DNA of 64,000 nucleotides from a virus (lineage: Duplodnaviria; Caudoviricetes): the IMG/VR virus record IMGVR_UViG_3300008954_000001; one strand, 5' to 3'. Position numbers and translations under genes: made by a program. Every line of letters begins with the position of its first letter. Within the stretch, counting starts at the first letter, position 1. The notes below the pieces were generated by a model that was not told the DNA's origin, did not search any database, and was given only the letters and a program-made list of their open reading frames with translations. Below, in pieces: positions 29,019-38,651 of this stretch.

Positions 29019-29846
29019 ATGTATGGAACAAACGCAAGCCCAGTAGCCGCTGCACTACACTTGAACAATGCGGATCACGCAGGGAAGTTGGAAAACCGCT
29101 TCCTTTCAGTTGCCGTCCAGAAGGCGGGACAACTTCGTGGCCCTAAAGGTGCCAAATACCGTGTTGGAGACGACAAGGTAGCTGCGGTCATTTTGGGTGG
29201 GGTCAACTACCTCAATCTCAAAACACGGGACAGAGCTATTCTGGTCGAGGCTTTGGCTAACGACCCTGATCTGTTCACGACTCTCGAAACGAAAGCCGCC
29301 GATGCTGGTTTGCTGGCTTGGAGTGGTCGAGGCAAGAACGCTACACAGGATGTGGCGATCACGGCCCAAGACTTCAAGGACGCTTACGAAGCCATCATGG
29401 AGTCTATCGACAAGACTCTGGCTGGCACCAACACTTCTACTTCGGCCCATGTGTATGAGCCTCTTGAAGTGGACGGTCGCAAGGTCAAGGGCTGTAAGGT
29501 CTATATCGGCAACGGTGGTGTAGATGCGGCTGAAGATAGCCGTACTCCCGAAGCAGGTTCGATCCATATCGCAGGGTTGCATATCGCAAGCCGAGTGGTT
29601 GAAGAAGCGGAACACCCGAAGCCCGCCACCAAAAGCGGTGGTAAGGCGATTGCCAAGAAGCGCATCGAATCGTGGTTCAAGCTCCCTTCCCGCCGCTATG
29701 TCCAATACCGTATCCCTGCGGGGGAACAGTGGCGGCTCAAGGTCGGTGGTCAGGCCGCACTTGCCATGACCGAACACGGTCTTGAGATCACGGCCAAGGA
29801 CGCTAACGAAGTTTTGGGCCTCACGGCTCTGGAAGATGCCGCATAA
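29019..29846 (+). CDS. Hypothetical protein
   Basis: ATG 29019 with AAGGA RBS; biased codon usage suggests high expression. Confidence 0.7.
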   Translation: MYGTNASPVAAALHLNNADHAGKLENRFLSVAVQKAGQLRGPKGAKYRVGDDKVAAVILGGVNYLNLKTRDRAILVEALANDPDLFTTLETKAADAGLLAWSGRGKNATQDVAITAQDFKDAYEAIMESIDKTLAGTNTSTSAHVYEPLEVDGRKVKGCKVYIGNGGVDAAEDSRTPEAGSIHIAGLHIASRVVEEAEHPKPATKSGGKAIAKKRIESWFKLPSRRYVQYRIPAGEQWRLKVGGQAALAMTEHGLEITAKDANEVLGLTALEDAA

Positions 29847-29858
29847 GGTCAACTAAAC

Positions 29859-29880
29859 GGGGGGCGGGAAACTGCCCCCC
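29859..29880 (+). terminator. GC-rich hairpin with GAAA tetraloop (terminator or RNA stabiliser)
   Basis: GGGGGGCGG-GAAA-CTGCCCCCC, 9-bp stem with one G:U; no U-tract on the + strand. Confidence 0.4.
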
Positions 29881-29919
29881 ACAGCCCCCAAACGGGGGGA
29901 ACGAGGATTATGGATTAAT

Positions 29920-30600
29920 ATGGGAACCGATATTCACTTGGGCGTTGAACGCCGTAATGGAAATGGAAAATGGGAAGAACTGTCAGAGGTCTTTCCAACA
30001 TGGGAACAGGTCAGGCTGGCTTATGAGAACCACGAAGCCCCTGAATCAATTACTCTCCTAAACGAGTACCCCCTTCATCGAAACTACGACTTGTTTGCGA
30101 TGCTGGCGGATGTTCGGAATGGGGTCGGATTTGGCGGGTCTGTTCGGTGTGACCCTGTGCGACCTTGCTTTCCCAATCGTGGGGTTCCCGAAGACACCTG
30201 CTTCCCTGTAAAGGACGAACACTGGCTCAACGGATACCACAGCTTTACTTGGTGTACCTACGACGAAGCCTTGAACGCTCCGTGGACACGAGAAGTGATT
30301 ACGGACGGGGTTCTCGCCTTCGATGAATGGGTCGATTGGAAAAAGTCTTCCAACACCGTACCGAGTTTTTGGAGTGGTGGTGTCGGGGGTGGCGGAACCC
30401 GCATGGTAACCGAAAAGGAAGCCGTGGAAATCCACAAGAGCGGAGAACCTACGGGGTTGATCTATGTCAAAGCCCGTTGGCGTTGGAAGCCCTTGGCCGA
30501 CTCATCTTTTCGACGGTGGTTGCTGTCCACCAAGTTTCAAGAAGCTGCCAACAAGTATGGCGGGGAGAACATTCGCATCTGTATCAGTTTTGATTCATAG
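29920..30600 (+). CDS. Conserved phage-type hypothetical protein
   Basis: MGTDIHL.VE...RNYDLFAMLADVRNG pattern recalled from phage hypothetical proteins. Confidence 0.7.
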   Translation: MGTDIHLGVERRNGNGKWEELSEVFPTWEQVRLAYENHEAPESITLLNEYPLHRNYDLFAMLADVRNGVGFGGSVRCDPVRPCFPNRGVPEDTCFPVKDEHWLNGYHSFTWCTYDEALNAPWTREVITDGVLAFDEWVDWKKSSNTVPSFWSGGVGGGGTRMVTEKEAVEIHKSGEPTGLIYVKARWRWKPLADSSFRRWLLSTKFQEAANKYGGENIRICISFDS

Positions 30601-30609
30601 GAGACTTCA

Positions 30610-31038
30610 ATGAACGACATCAAGAAAGCCATTGTCCTGAACTCAGAGGAACACTTTGAGCTTTTGAAGGAAATGGACGGGGAACGAGTTCGTGTCCATG
30701 TTTCCTTTATGAAGGATTACCAACACGAGTTTGGGCCACAGATCGCCGTTCATGGAAACTTGGACGGTCGAGTTTATGATGACCAACCCCTCTTTCGAGT
30801 CTTGTCTACAAACCCAAGCGACCGTGGCACCGACTACGCCTACTTTGGGCTTGAGGATATTCATGTCATCGCTGATCGCCGTCAAACCGAAAAAGGAACC
30901 TTTGACGGAGGGGCGATCCTTGCAATCTACTTGAAGGGTACGGCTACCCACCCCTATGCCGATAAGGTGATCGAAACCGTTAACACCGCCGCAAACCTAC
31001 GAGGGGGAGGGAAAAGCCGTTGGCCGATGAAGACGTAA
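30610..31038 (+). CDS. Hypothetical protein
   Basis: AGGAG RBS. Confidence 0.65.
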   Translation: MNDIKKAIVLNSEEHFELLKEMDGERVRVHVSFMKDYQHEFGPQIAVHGNLDGRVYDDQPLFRVLSTNPSDRGTDYAYFGLEDIHVIADRRQTEKGTFDGGAILAIYLKGTATHPYADKVIETVNTAANLRGGGKSRWPMKT

Positions 31039-31511
31039 AACCAGCCAAAACCCCTCTCTTGATCCCTCGAATGAATGATCAAGAGCGAAAGGACTTCGTT
31101 CGGGATTGGCTTAAGAACCATATCTTTTCATCGTGCCATCTTCGGCCCCACGATGAAGGTATGTTGGGGCATGTTTTCTACCCCGTCCTATTCGGGGGAG
31201 TGCTTCCAGAGATTAGGGAGCCAGAGTTTCCCGAAGAGATACCTGAGGATATGGCCGTAGAAGATTTTGATCGTCTTCACGACAACCGAGAAACGATTTT
31301 AGAGAACTGGCGAAAGGCAAACGATCATCTTGAGCAACAATACAAACAACAGCTTGGACTAATTTGGGAGTATTGGGATAAGTCCCTACCACGATCCATC
31401 AACGGGTATCCTATCTTCATGTCGTGCAGAGTTATGCACATTGACGATTGGAACAGGATTTGGCCTGTAATCGAGAAAGAAGAAAAACGGATAGCTGATT
31501 TAGAGGTGTGA
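31020..31511 (+). CDS. Hypothetical protein
   Basis: TTG start with GGAGG RBS. Confidence 0.6.
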   Translation: MADEDVKPAKTPLLIPRMNDQERKDFVRDWLKNHIFSSCHLRPHDEGMLGHVFYPVLFGGVLPEIREPEFPEEIPEDMAVEDFDRLHDNRETILENWRKANDHLEQQYKQQLGLIWEYWDKSLPRSINGYPIFMSCRVMHIDDWNRIWPVIEKEEKRIADLEV

Positions 31512-31524
31512 GGGGTGGCGAGGG

Positions 31525-32217
31525 ATGTATTTAGATCGACAAACAGCCCGTGAGCAAGCGTGGGCTATCCATGCCCTCGTTGAAAAGGGGCGGAAGTTCT
31601 TTAGAAATCTGCTTGGCAGAACTCCGCAAACCAAAACCGTTTTTCTTGATACCGAAACTACGGGCCTCAAGCCGGGGCCAGACAAAGCCGAGATTATTGA
31701 GATCGCCATGATCACCGAAACCACTGAGGGTTCGGTGGAGTATTGGTGCGTCAAGGTTGCCCCTCAACATATACATACGGCCCATCCCAAGGCCCTCGAA
31801 ATCAATGGCTATACGCCTAAAGCGTGGGAAGATGCTTGGTGTCCTACTACCGTGGCCCCACTCGTAGCTGAAAGGTTGGAGGGGGCCATTGTTGTTGGCC
31901 ATAATATCAAATTCGACCTTCGTTTTATTCAAGAGCTTTTTACCAGCACCAGCTACGAATCTGACCTTGATCATGTGGCCGAAATTGATACCCAAGACCT
32001 TGCCCGAACCCACCTCAAACCCACAGGGCTGAACAGCGTGTCCCTCGTAAACTGTCGAAAATGGCTCGGCTGGTCTACGGAGGGTGCTCATACGGCCATG
32101 CAAGACACCGAAGATTGTAGGCGGCTGTACCACACCCTGACCCGTTCTGGCCCTATGCAGACCCGCCTATGGAAATGGCTTGGCCCAAAGCGCATGAGAC
32201 GGGCAAATAAGCAATAG
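31525..32217 (+). CDS. DEDDh 3'-5' exonuclease (DnaQ-like)
   Basis: FLDTETTG, HNIKFD, IDT, HTAMQD. Confidence 0.88.
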   Translation: MYLDRQTAREQAWAIHALVEKGRKFFRNLLGRTPQTKTVFLDTETTGLKPGPDKAEIIEIAMITETTEGSVEYWCVKVAPQHIHTAHPKALEINGYTPKAWEDAWCPTTVAPLVAERLEGAIVVGHNIKFDLRFIQELFTSTSYESDLDHVAEIDTQDLARTHLKPTGLNSVSLVNCRKWLGWSTEGAHTAMQDTEDCRRLYHTLTRSGPMQTRLWKWLGPKRMRRANKQ

Positions 32218-32281
32218 ACCTTCTATCATCCTCTTTTGATTGAAGCGGGGGAACGTGTCCCGCCCCTTACCGGAGGATGAA

Positions 32282-32644
32282 ATGAACAAGAACCTTTTTG
32301 AGCGCACGGTACGATTGGCCCACGCCAAGCCCGAACTGCGCCCCCATCTGCTACCCCTAATCCAGAAATACGCCTTGCTTCCATCAATGATGGAAGCCGA
32401 GGAGGATATGGAAGCGGAGGATATGGAAGCCTGCTACCACTCACATGACGATTATGAGGGGCAAGGCAAACCTGGGAAGGGCAATTACTGCAACGATATC
32501 TACAACGAGTACGGCTCTGGCGTTTCTAAGCCCAAGAGCAAGTACAACAAGAATTATCCCGGCTATGTGGAAAAAGGGAACAAGGGTCGTAAAACCTGTC
32601 CTAAGGGACAAGGCGAGTCTGGTCCTTGCGGGAAACCACAGTAG
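32282..32644 (+). CDS. Putative virion/internal head protein
   Basis: ATG 32282 with GGAGG RBS; RLAHAKPELRPHLLPL and MEAEEDMEAEDMEA repeats; function inferred. Confidence 0.5.
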   Translation: MNKNLFERTVRLAHAKPELRPHLLPLIQKYALLPSMMEAEEDMEAEDMEACYHSHDDYEGQGKPGKGNYCNDIYNEYGSGVSKPKSKYNKNYPGYVEKGNKGRKTCPKGQGESGPCGKPQ

Positions 32645-32655
32645 GGGTTTCAAGA

Positions 32656-33150
32656 ATGTCGAAAGCTGCCACCACGCCTAAAGATGTCCACAATTTAGCG
32701 GATAAGCTGAATGTCAGTTGGGATAACGATCCCGGCTTTATGGCATGGACTAAGCAGGTGGTGGGTAAAGAACACTTGGATGATATGTCAGAGAAAGAAC
32801 TTCGTGCCGTGGTGAGTGCTATGAAATCAAATCCTCCGAAATCAGATAAAGTAGCGGTCAACATCCCGAAGAAGGTCGAGGAGTACGCCAAAAGCGTCCA
32901 AGATAAGAATCCTGACTATGATGACGCAAAGGTTTGGGCGACAGCTTGGAGTATCTACTGCAAGTATAAGGAGCCGGGATCAGAGCATTGTAAGAAGGAC
33001 ACGGGCGAATACTTCCCTGGCAAAGGCTCCAAAGAAGCCGAATCTGACCTGAGCAAATCTTGGGGGGGCTATTCTACCTTTCGACCACATCGGCACGGCT
33101 ATGACAAAGATCAGTTTGGGCTGATTTCTGTTTGGAAGGAGCTACAATGA
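32656..33150 (+). CDS. Putative virion/internal head protein
   Basis: MSKAAT start, DKVAVN, AKVWATAWSIY. Confidence 0.5.
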   Translation: MSKAATTPKDVHNLADKLNVSWDNDPGFMAWTKQVVGKEHLDDMSEKELRAVVSAMKSNPPKSDKVAVNIPKKVEEYAKSVQDKNPDYDDAKVWATAWSIYCKYKEPGSEHCKKDTGEYFPGKGSKEAESDLSKSWGGYSTFRPHRHGYDKDQFGLISVWKELQ

Positions 33151-34079
33151 TCTTTCAAGACCTCATTGATCTCGGAGTAAACCCACGGATTGCCGTGGCC
33201 TTGAACCGAATGGTGGTTGCCAACCATAGCAAACTCCCAAAAAGTGCCACCGAAGAAGGCTTGGCTTCAGCAATCAAAGCTGCCCGTGGCTCCCTTTGTG
33301 ACTCTATTGCGAACCGTTGGGCGAAAGTCGCCAAAGGTAAAAGCAAAAGCGACAGTGGCGGTGGCGGTAGTAGCTACGCCCCCAGTGGCGGCTTCGGTGG
33401 CGGAGGTAGCTGTTTCGTTGAAGGTTCAGAAATCTCCACTAAGACAGGAACTATGCCCATTGAGGCTTTGTCTTATGGGAGCAAGGTTCTCGGATTTAAC
33501 GAAAACACGGGCACTGTCTGCTCGGTAACCGTAGAAAAGATCCTTAGCTCCCCCGTGGAGCAATACCTTCAAATCAGTGTTGGGGATACGAAGGTGCGGG
33601 TAACTGAATCCCACCCTCTTCTAACTCGCACAGGATGGGTAGAGGCAGGGAATATTCGGGCTGGAGACTCCTTGTTAGAGATCCTTGGGGGCATGAAAGT
33701 CTCTTCCGAAGTCCGTTCCATTGAAATTATTGAGCACCCTGCCAATGTTTATGTGATGGAAATGAAGGAAGCCCCTCACACATACATCGTAGATGGGCTG
33801 GTTGCCCACAACGCTAAGATTGACGAAGATGAACACGAAGCGGTAAAAGCGGAAGGTCCAGAACCCTCGGAAGAGGAAGAAATCCGTAAAGATGAGCGGA
33901 AAATAGCCGAATGGACAGTAAAGCTCGGCTACGCCCTCGCAAAACACCTTGGAGCCGATGAAATCACGGCTCTGACGGCCAGCATGTACGCATTCACAAA
34001 CATCCCCGACTCCCGTGAGGTGTCGAGTCAAGTTTTGAAAGCGGAGTGGTGGCCTAATGGTAGACCCCAAAGACAGTGA
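33147..34079 (+). CDS. Hint-domain (BIL-like) autoprocessing protein
   Basis: Gly-rich linker then CFVEG (33411), VTESHP, VYVMEM..HTYIVDG, VAHN (ends 33812) followed by Ala. Confidence 0.85.
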   Translation: MIFQDLIDLGVNPRIAVALNRMVVANHSKLPKSATEEGLASAIKAARGSLCDSIANRWAKVAKGKSKSDSGGGGSSYAPSGGFGGGGSCFVEGSEISTKTGTMPIEALSYGSKVLGFNENTGTVCSVTVEKILSSPVEQYLQISVGDTKVRVTESHPLLTRTGWVEAGNIRAGDSLLEILGGMKVSSEVRSIEIIEHPANVYVMEMKEAPHTYIVDGLVAHNAKIDEDEHEAVKAEGPEPSEEEEIRKDERKIAEWTVKLGYALAKHLGADEITALTASMYAFTNIPDSREVSSQVLKAEWWPNGRPQRQ

Positions 34080-34410
34080 AACACTTGGAGAGATCCTACA
34101 AAAGGAACGAGAAACCCTTCTCCTTGTGAAGTTTGGGGCCGCATGGTGTACGCCATGTGTAGCCATACAACCAACTCTTGAAAAAATAGCTGACGAATGG
34201 GAAGGAGACGTTGAGGTTTATGACCTCGATGTTGAAGCCGACCCCGTAACCGCCGACAAATGGGCTGTCCGATCTGTCCCCACTCTCGTTTTAATTGACG
34301 AAAAGGGGGGAGAATTGGGAAGGTTGATTGGGTTCTCCACATACGAACAAATCCACTCCCTGCTTTCCGAACAGTTTGACGACTCGTTTTTGGCTAAAGG
34401 CGGAAAGTAG
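34057..34410 (+). CDS. trxA: Thioredoxin
   Basis: FGAAWCTPC, VRSVPTL. Confidence 0.88.
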   Translation: MVDPKDSETLGEILQKERETLLLVKFGAAWCTPCVAIQPTLEKIADEWEGDVEVYDLDVEADPVTADKWAVRSVPTLVLIDEKGGELGRLIGFSTYEQIHSLLSEQFDDSFLAKGGK

Positions 34411-34411
34411 C

Positions 34412-34711
34412 ATGGTCCATCCCGCTTACCAGATGATCCTAAAGAATGGGATTGGGGCAGAGTTCCTTCAATTAGACCCCGTTCTGTTGGCCGATAAGAT
34501 CATTCAAGGCATCAACGAAGCCGACACGGGAGTTGTTGCGTATTGTGATTGGAGCACTATTCGAGTGTTCTTCGATACAGTGCATGTCTGTAATGCCCAC
34601 ATAGATGACAAGGGCATCACTTTTGAGTACCGAAACAACGGGCCGATGCACTCCGACCTTAGAGCCAATCGAGTCATTTACACGATTATTTTGGTGTTGT
34701 CTGCACAGTAG
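34412..34711 (+). CDS. Hypothetical protein
   Basis: ATG 2 nt after the thioredoxin stop. Confidence 0.55.
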   Translation: MVHPAYQMILKNGIGAEFLQLDPVLLADKIIQGINEADTGVVAYCDWSTIRVFFDTVHVCNAHIDDKGITFEYRNNGPMHSDLRANRVIYTIILVLSAQ

Positions 34712-34880
34712 GGGAGGCCGGGATCAAGGCCCCCGAAAGAAAACCACCAATTCCTGGTTTCTGACAGTTAGAAGATTTCTTGAAAAGAATATCGAGTTAT
34801 TACGGGTACTTACGTCGGATGTCCAAAAAAAATCCGAGCTAACTGTCCGATTTCCTCTCTCTCAGTCGTCTATAGTAATT

Positions 34881-35318
34881 TCACCTGAGTAATTCAGGGG
34901 CGAGTTTTTTCAGGATCGCCTCGGCACCTTCATGGAGCTTGAGGTTCTTGATTTCTTCTTTTCCGTACCAACGCCATAGGGAGTGTTCCCTACGATCCAG
35001 CTTTGAGGGTCGGAACTGAATCGGGCTTTCGGCAAGCCAAGCCACAAAGCGGGTGCCTCTGAAAATATTGTGCGCCCACTTCTTTTTGAGGTTGAGGTTC
35101 CGTGGAACTCTCCCAAGCTCTTCCTCGGCTTCTCGGATTGCACATTGAAGGGGAGTCTCCCCTTCCTCTCGGTAACCGCCAGGAAGCCCCCACGTTAGCG
35201 CACGTTCGCCCTTACGGAGTAAGAGTAGCACCTTGTCCTTCTGACGAATGACAAGCCCCGCTGCGTCGGCCCATTCAGGCCCTTGATAGCGTCCACCTAT
35301 GGGAAAAGAGGTTGGCAC
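34881..35318 (-). CDS. Nudix hydrolase
   Basis: Nudix box GGYREEGETPLQCAIREAEEELG. Confidence 0.9.
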   Translation of the reverse strand: MPTSFPIGGRYQGPEWADAAGLVIRQKDKVLLLLRKGERALTWGLPGGYREEGETPLQCAIREAEEELGRVPRNLNLKKKWAHNIFRGTRFVAWLAESPIQFRPSKLDRREHSLWRWYGKEEIKNLKLHEGAEAILKKLAPELLR

Positions 35319-35327
35319 CGATTCCCC

Positions 35328-36461
35328 CTATTGGAACTTAGATAGGAACCTACGCTGACGAAGCTCTTGGCGGTAGGTAGCCCTGGCAAGAACATTGGCC
35401 CACCGTTGGTTGTCTGGATCTCTACCTGTTTGATCTTCAAGATAACCACGACCAGCCTGACCTGTCTGAATCAAGTATTGATCTTGTAGCCCGCCGAACA
35501 GGTCATCGTAAGAACTGTCTTGAAGACCTGTTTCAACAGCACGGGGGAACTTGGCCTTGACCTTTTCCCACGCCTTCTTGACCCCTTTTTCGGAAATAGG
35601 CTCTCGCCCATCTCGCTCTCGCTTTTGGTTGATGAACTCAACCGCCGCTCGATAGCCACCTTGGATACCACCCTTTTCGGTCGCCCCTAAGGTTTGATAC
35701 GCTTCCAAGACATCCAGTTGCCCTTCAGTCATACGGCCTCGACCGTTTCCGACCACATGCTCGTTGAACCATTCTTTCGCTCGGTTGTAATAGCGGTGGG
35801 AAGGGTTGGAAATAGCATCGAACAAGAGGACCACAAGACTGTCGGTCCCAACTTCGGGAGCCTCAAACCCTTGACCCGCAATATCAGCATCCCCTTCATT
35901 TTGAACCTGCCCCGCCGCCTGTGCGATTTTGAGAGCATGTTGAAGGAGAGCTTTATTGGTCGCTCCATTCAACCACTTCAAAGTGGTTGAACCGCTCTTG
36001 ATACCGCTGGCGGCCTTACGGCCCAACGCATACCAATAATCAGGCTGGCTGATCCCCATGCCGTCACCACTGAAACTCGGCATCATGGCGGAACTCCACA
36101 TACCAGCCAGAATCATGTCCACGGACATACCACGGCCACCAGACTTCTTGATGATGGAGTCAGCTTTAGAAAGGGCATACTTGGTAACTGGACCCTGCAT
36201 GATCCCCGAACGTGAGAAATCCAACAGTAGTGGGTCAACGGAAGGGGCGACTTCCATCTTTGCCAAAGCTGAAGCGACTTGTTCAGGGCGGGTGCCTCTA
36301 CGAAGAAGGCTGTCTTTTTTCCATCCGTGTGCGCCTTCGAGAATATTCGCTCTCGCAATCGGATTGTAATCTTTAAGGTTGTCCGAGAACCCGGCGGTCT
36401 TACCCGTTCTGGCAGCCCGTAGCGTAAGCTGGATCGCTATGCGTAATTGATGTGCTTCCAT
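35328..36461 (-). CDS. Hypothetical protein, possible C-terminal HTH
   Basis: N-terminal RAARTGKTAG; MTEGQLDVL...ISEKGVKKAWEKVKAKF is weakly HTH-like. Confidence 0.6.
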   Translation of the reverse strand: MEAHQLRIAIQLTLRAARTGKTAGFSDNLKDYNPIARANILEGAHGWKKDSLLRRGTRPEQVASALAKMEVAPSVDPLLLDFSRSGIMQGPVTKYALSKADSIIKKSGGRGMSVDMILAGMWSSAMMPSFSGDGMGISQPDYWYALGRKAASGIKSGSTTLKWLNGATNKALLQHALKIAQAAGQVQNEGDADIAGQGFEAPEVGTDSLVVLLFDAISNPSHRYYNRAKEWFNEHVVGNGRGRMTEGQLDVLEAYQTLGATEKGGIQGGYRAAVEFINQKRERDGREPISEKGVKKAWEKVKAKFPRAVETGLQDSSYDDLFGGLQDQYLIQTGQAGRGYLEDQTGRDPDNQRWANVLARATYRQELRQRRFLSKFQ

Positions 36462-36576
36462 TTTATCCTCTCCAACGCCCTGAGGGTTTCGTTGCTGTCT
36501 TCAGCGGATCTATAGCGGTTTTACCGTCTGCCCGAAATCTTCTCGAACCCCTTAAATTCCCTACTGAAAAAAATCC

Positions 36577-36605
36577 TTGACCCACCTTGCAATCCCCCGT
36601 TCAAT
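36577..36605 (+). promoter_or_regulatory. Possible sigma70-type promoter
   Basis: TTGACC-N17-TTCAAT with an upstream A-tract, in the divergent intergenic region before 36758. Confidence 0.35.
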
Positions 36606-36757
36606 GGCATAAGGTTGGAAAAGATACTTCAGGGGGGGCTAAATTTTAGTCCTATCAGTAGTATCGTTAGTAGGCATAGACCTCGTTCTCCGAACACTGT
36701 CGCCGCCTCGAAACTGAAACGCTTAACCAAGGCCAAAAGGCCAAAGGACATTATCAG

Positions 36758-37921
36758 ATGGGCAACGCCACAGCCACCACAACACGTCCCCTACTTACTG
36801 AATGGATGACCGAGAACTATCAGTCATTCTTCAAATACTCCCTCAAACACCTCCCGAAGTATCTGGGGAACGACGAAGATCGTGAGGATGCGGTAAGCAA
36901 CCTTATCTTCAAGATGATCCGTACCGAGAGCTTCGAGAAGCGATTGGCACAAGGCAAAGACCTGTCTTTCAGCGTCTTGCTGAATTTCGTGTGTCAGATG
37001 CACGGCCAAAGCCTCGACCATGACGGTCGAGATATGCTCGGTCGCTCCAAAGGGTGCAAGACCCGTGCGGAATTGAAAAGCGGTGAAGACTTCCCCGTCC
37101 TCGTTCCTGATTGGGGCGGTGAGGCTGTCCGACTCCCGAAGGATCAGGAAGCCGACTCGAAACAGGCTTCGGATCAGGTGGATTTCGTAGACCCTTCTCC
37201 AAGCCCTGACGACATGCTGGTTGTTGGCGAGCTTTGGGAGATCATTGAAGCTGGAATGGAGCGAGAATGGTCGGGAGAAGCCTTGGCTCGACGGATGCGA
37301 GTTTTGAAGCTCCAAGCCGAAGGGGGAACCCAAGGCGACATTGAACGAGAGTTTGGTGTAGGACCAACTCGTGCCAAGACCTTCAAAAAGGAGATCCGAG
37401 AGGTAGTCACCCACGCTCTCCGACCCCGCAAGACAGTGATCAAGCGGAGCCGACCCGTAAAGAAAACCGACTCTTTCGTGATGGAAGTCTCGAAACCCGT
37501 GGAGCAGGTGAACGGATCAAATGTTCCTCAATTCGATAACTTAGAGATTCTTCAAGAAGCCCTCCAAAATTGGGGAACTCTCCCGTCCTTATCAGACCGT
37601 CAGGTCGGGTATCTCACCCACGCTCTCCGAGCTATGGACCTAACCGACGAGAATGGCTCCCTGACGAAAGTTGGGAAGGCTTTGAACATTACCCCTCCCG
37701 CCTACTTCAAAAGGGCTATGAGGCTCGTTTTTGAGGCTTCTGTGGTGGGTCAAACTTGGTTGAAGTGGTCAGACTCGTTCGGTGTGAACGGCCTTGATCC
37801 AGATTCAGCGTTCGACTTCCTTCAAAGTCGATCTACTCTTTCCGAGAGTACCGCAAAGCGTAGAGCACGAACCCTGCGGTATTGGGCGACATTTCTTCAG
37901 ACCCCCTCCCTATCAAATTGA
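36758..37921 (+). CDS. ECF-sigma-like protein fused to a C-terminal winged-helix-like domain
   Basis: Region-2-like DEDREDAVSNLIFK; region-4-like RRMRVLKLQAEGGTQGDIEREFGVGPTRAK; extra C-domain RQVGYL...LT..G...LSESTAKRRARTLRYW. Confidence 0.6.
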   Translation: MGNATATTTRPLLTEWMTENYQSFFKYSLKHLPKYLGNDEDREDAVSNLIFKMIRTESFEKRLAQGKDLSFSVLLNFVCQMHGQSLDHDGRDMLGRSKGCKTRAELKSGEDFPVLVPDWGGEAVRLPKDQEADSKQASDQVDFVDPSPSPDDMLVVGELWEIIEAGMEREWSGEALARRMRVLKLQAEGGTQGDIEREFGVGPTRAKTFKKEIREVVTHALRPRKTVIKRSRPVKKTDSFVMEVSKPVEQVNGSNVPQFDNLEILQEALQNWGTLPSLSDRQVGYLTHALRAMDLTDENGSLTKVGKALNITPPAYFKRAMRLVFEASVVGQTWLKWSDSFGVNGLDPDSAFDFLQSRSTLSESTAKRRARTLRYWATFLQTPSLSN

Positions 37922-37940
37922 GAGGGTGCCCGTTTTCCTC

Positions 37941-37962
37941 CCTATCTCAGTACGTAGATAGG
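37941..37962. promoter_or_regulatory. Intergenic inverted repeat
   Basis: CCTATCT-N8-AGATAGG between two + strand genes. Confidence 0.35.
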
Positions 37963-38001
37963 TGAGGGCGTGACCCTCCGAACCCCCCTTGGGAGGACAA
38001 C

Positions 38002-38286
38002 ATGGAAGAAGTAGAGCTTAAAACCATTACCAAAGACCGCCAACCCGCCCTGATCGTGGACTTTTCACAAGTCCAATCGGAGAGACCAACTCGCTATGTG
38101 TTGGGCTTTTACAAAGGCTGGACAGGCTCTACCAAAGAGTTTGGTGGGCAAGAGTACAATGACGGCTTCGATGCTGGTGTAGCGGTTCGAGAGGGCCGTC
38201 AAGAGATGCCCTCATGGGCGTTTCGACCAGAGGACCAGTTTGGAGACACGATCTTCGAGCATATCGAAGATCAGTCAGTCTCGTAA
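38002..38286 (+). CDS. Hypothetical protein
   Basis: GGAGG RBS. Confidence 0.65.
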   Translation: MEEVELKTITKDRQPALIVDFSQVQSERPTRYVLGFYKGWTGSTKEFGGQEYNDGFDAGVAVREGRQEMPSWAFRPEDQFGDTIFEHIEDQSVS

Positions 38287-38651
38287 CCGTACTCCGCTTC
38301 AAGTAGGAATGATTCTAAATCGTCTTGCATGGGTGCCACCCAAGACTCGGCCAACGCCTCGGCTTCTTCTTCATCCATCTGCGGCCCAAGTGACGCAAGC
38401 TCATCCAATGCGGCCAGCCTACTCAAATCCCACATTCCGTTCTTAGGTAAGTAGGTTCCAGTGGCTTTGCACTGTCGAACAAAACATAGAACGACCTGTT
38501 TAGCGAACTTCACATCAGCCCCCTCTTCTCGAAGGACTTCAATGAAGTGTTGGGAGTTCACATCGGCGGTTTGAGATCGGAGATCCTTACCAGCTAAGTC
38601 AGCTACGTAGGCTTCCCAATCTTCGATATTGTTTGGCCGTTCTTTACTCAT
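38271..38651 (-). CDS. Hypothetical acidic protein
   Basis: ATG 38651 overlaps the helicase stop. Confidence 0.6.
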   Translation of the reverse strand: MSKERPNNIEDWEAYVADLAGKDLRSQTADVNSQHFIEVLREEGADVKFAKQVVLCFVRQCKATGTYLPKNGMWDLSRLAALDELASLGPQMDEEEAEALAESWVAPMQDDLESFLLEAEYGYETD

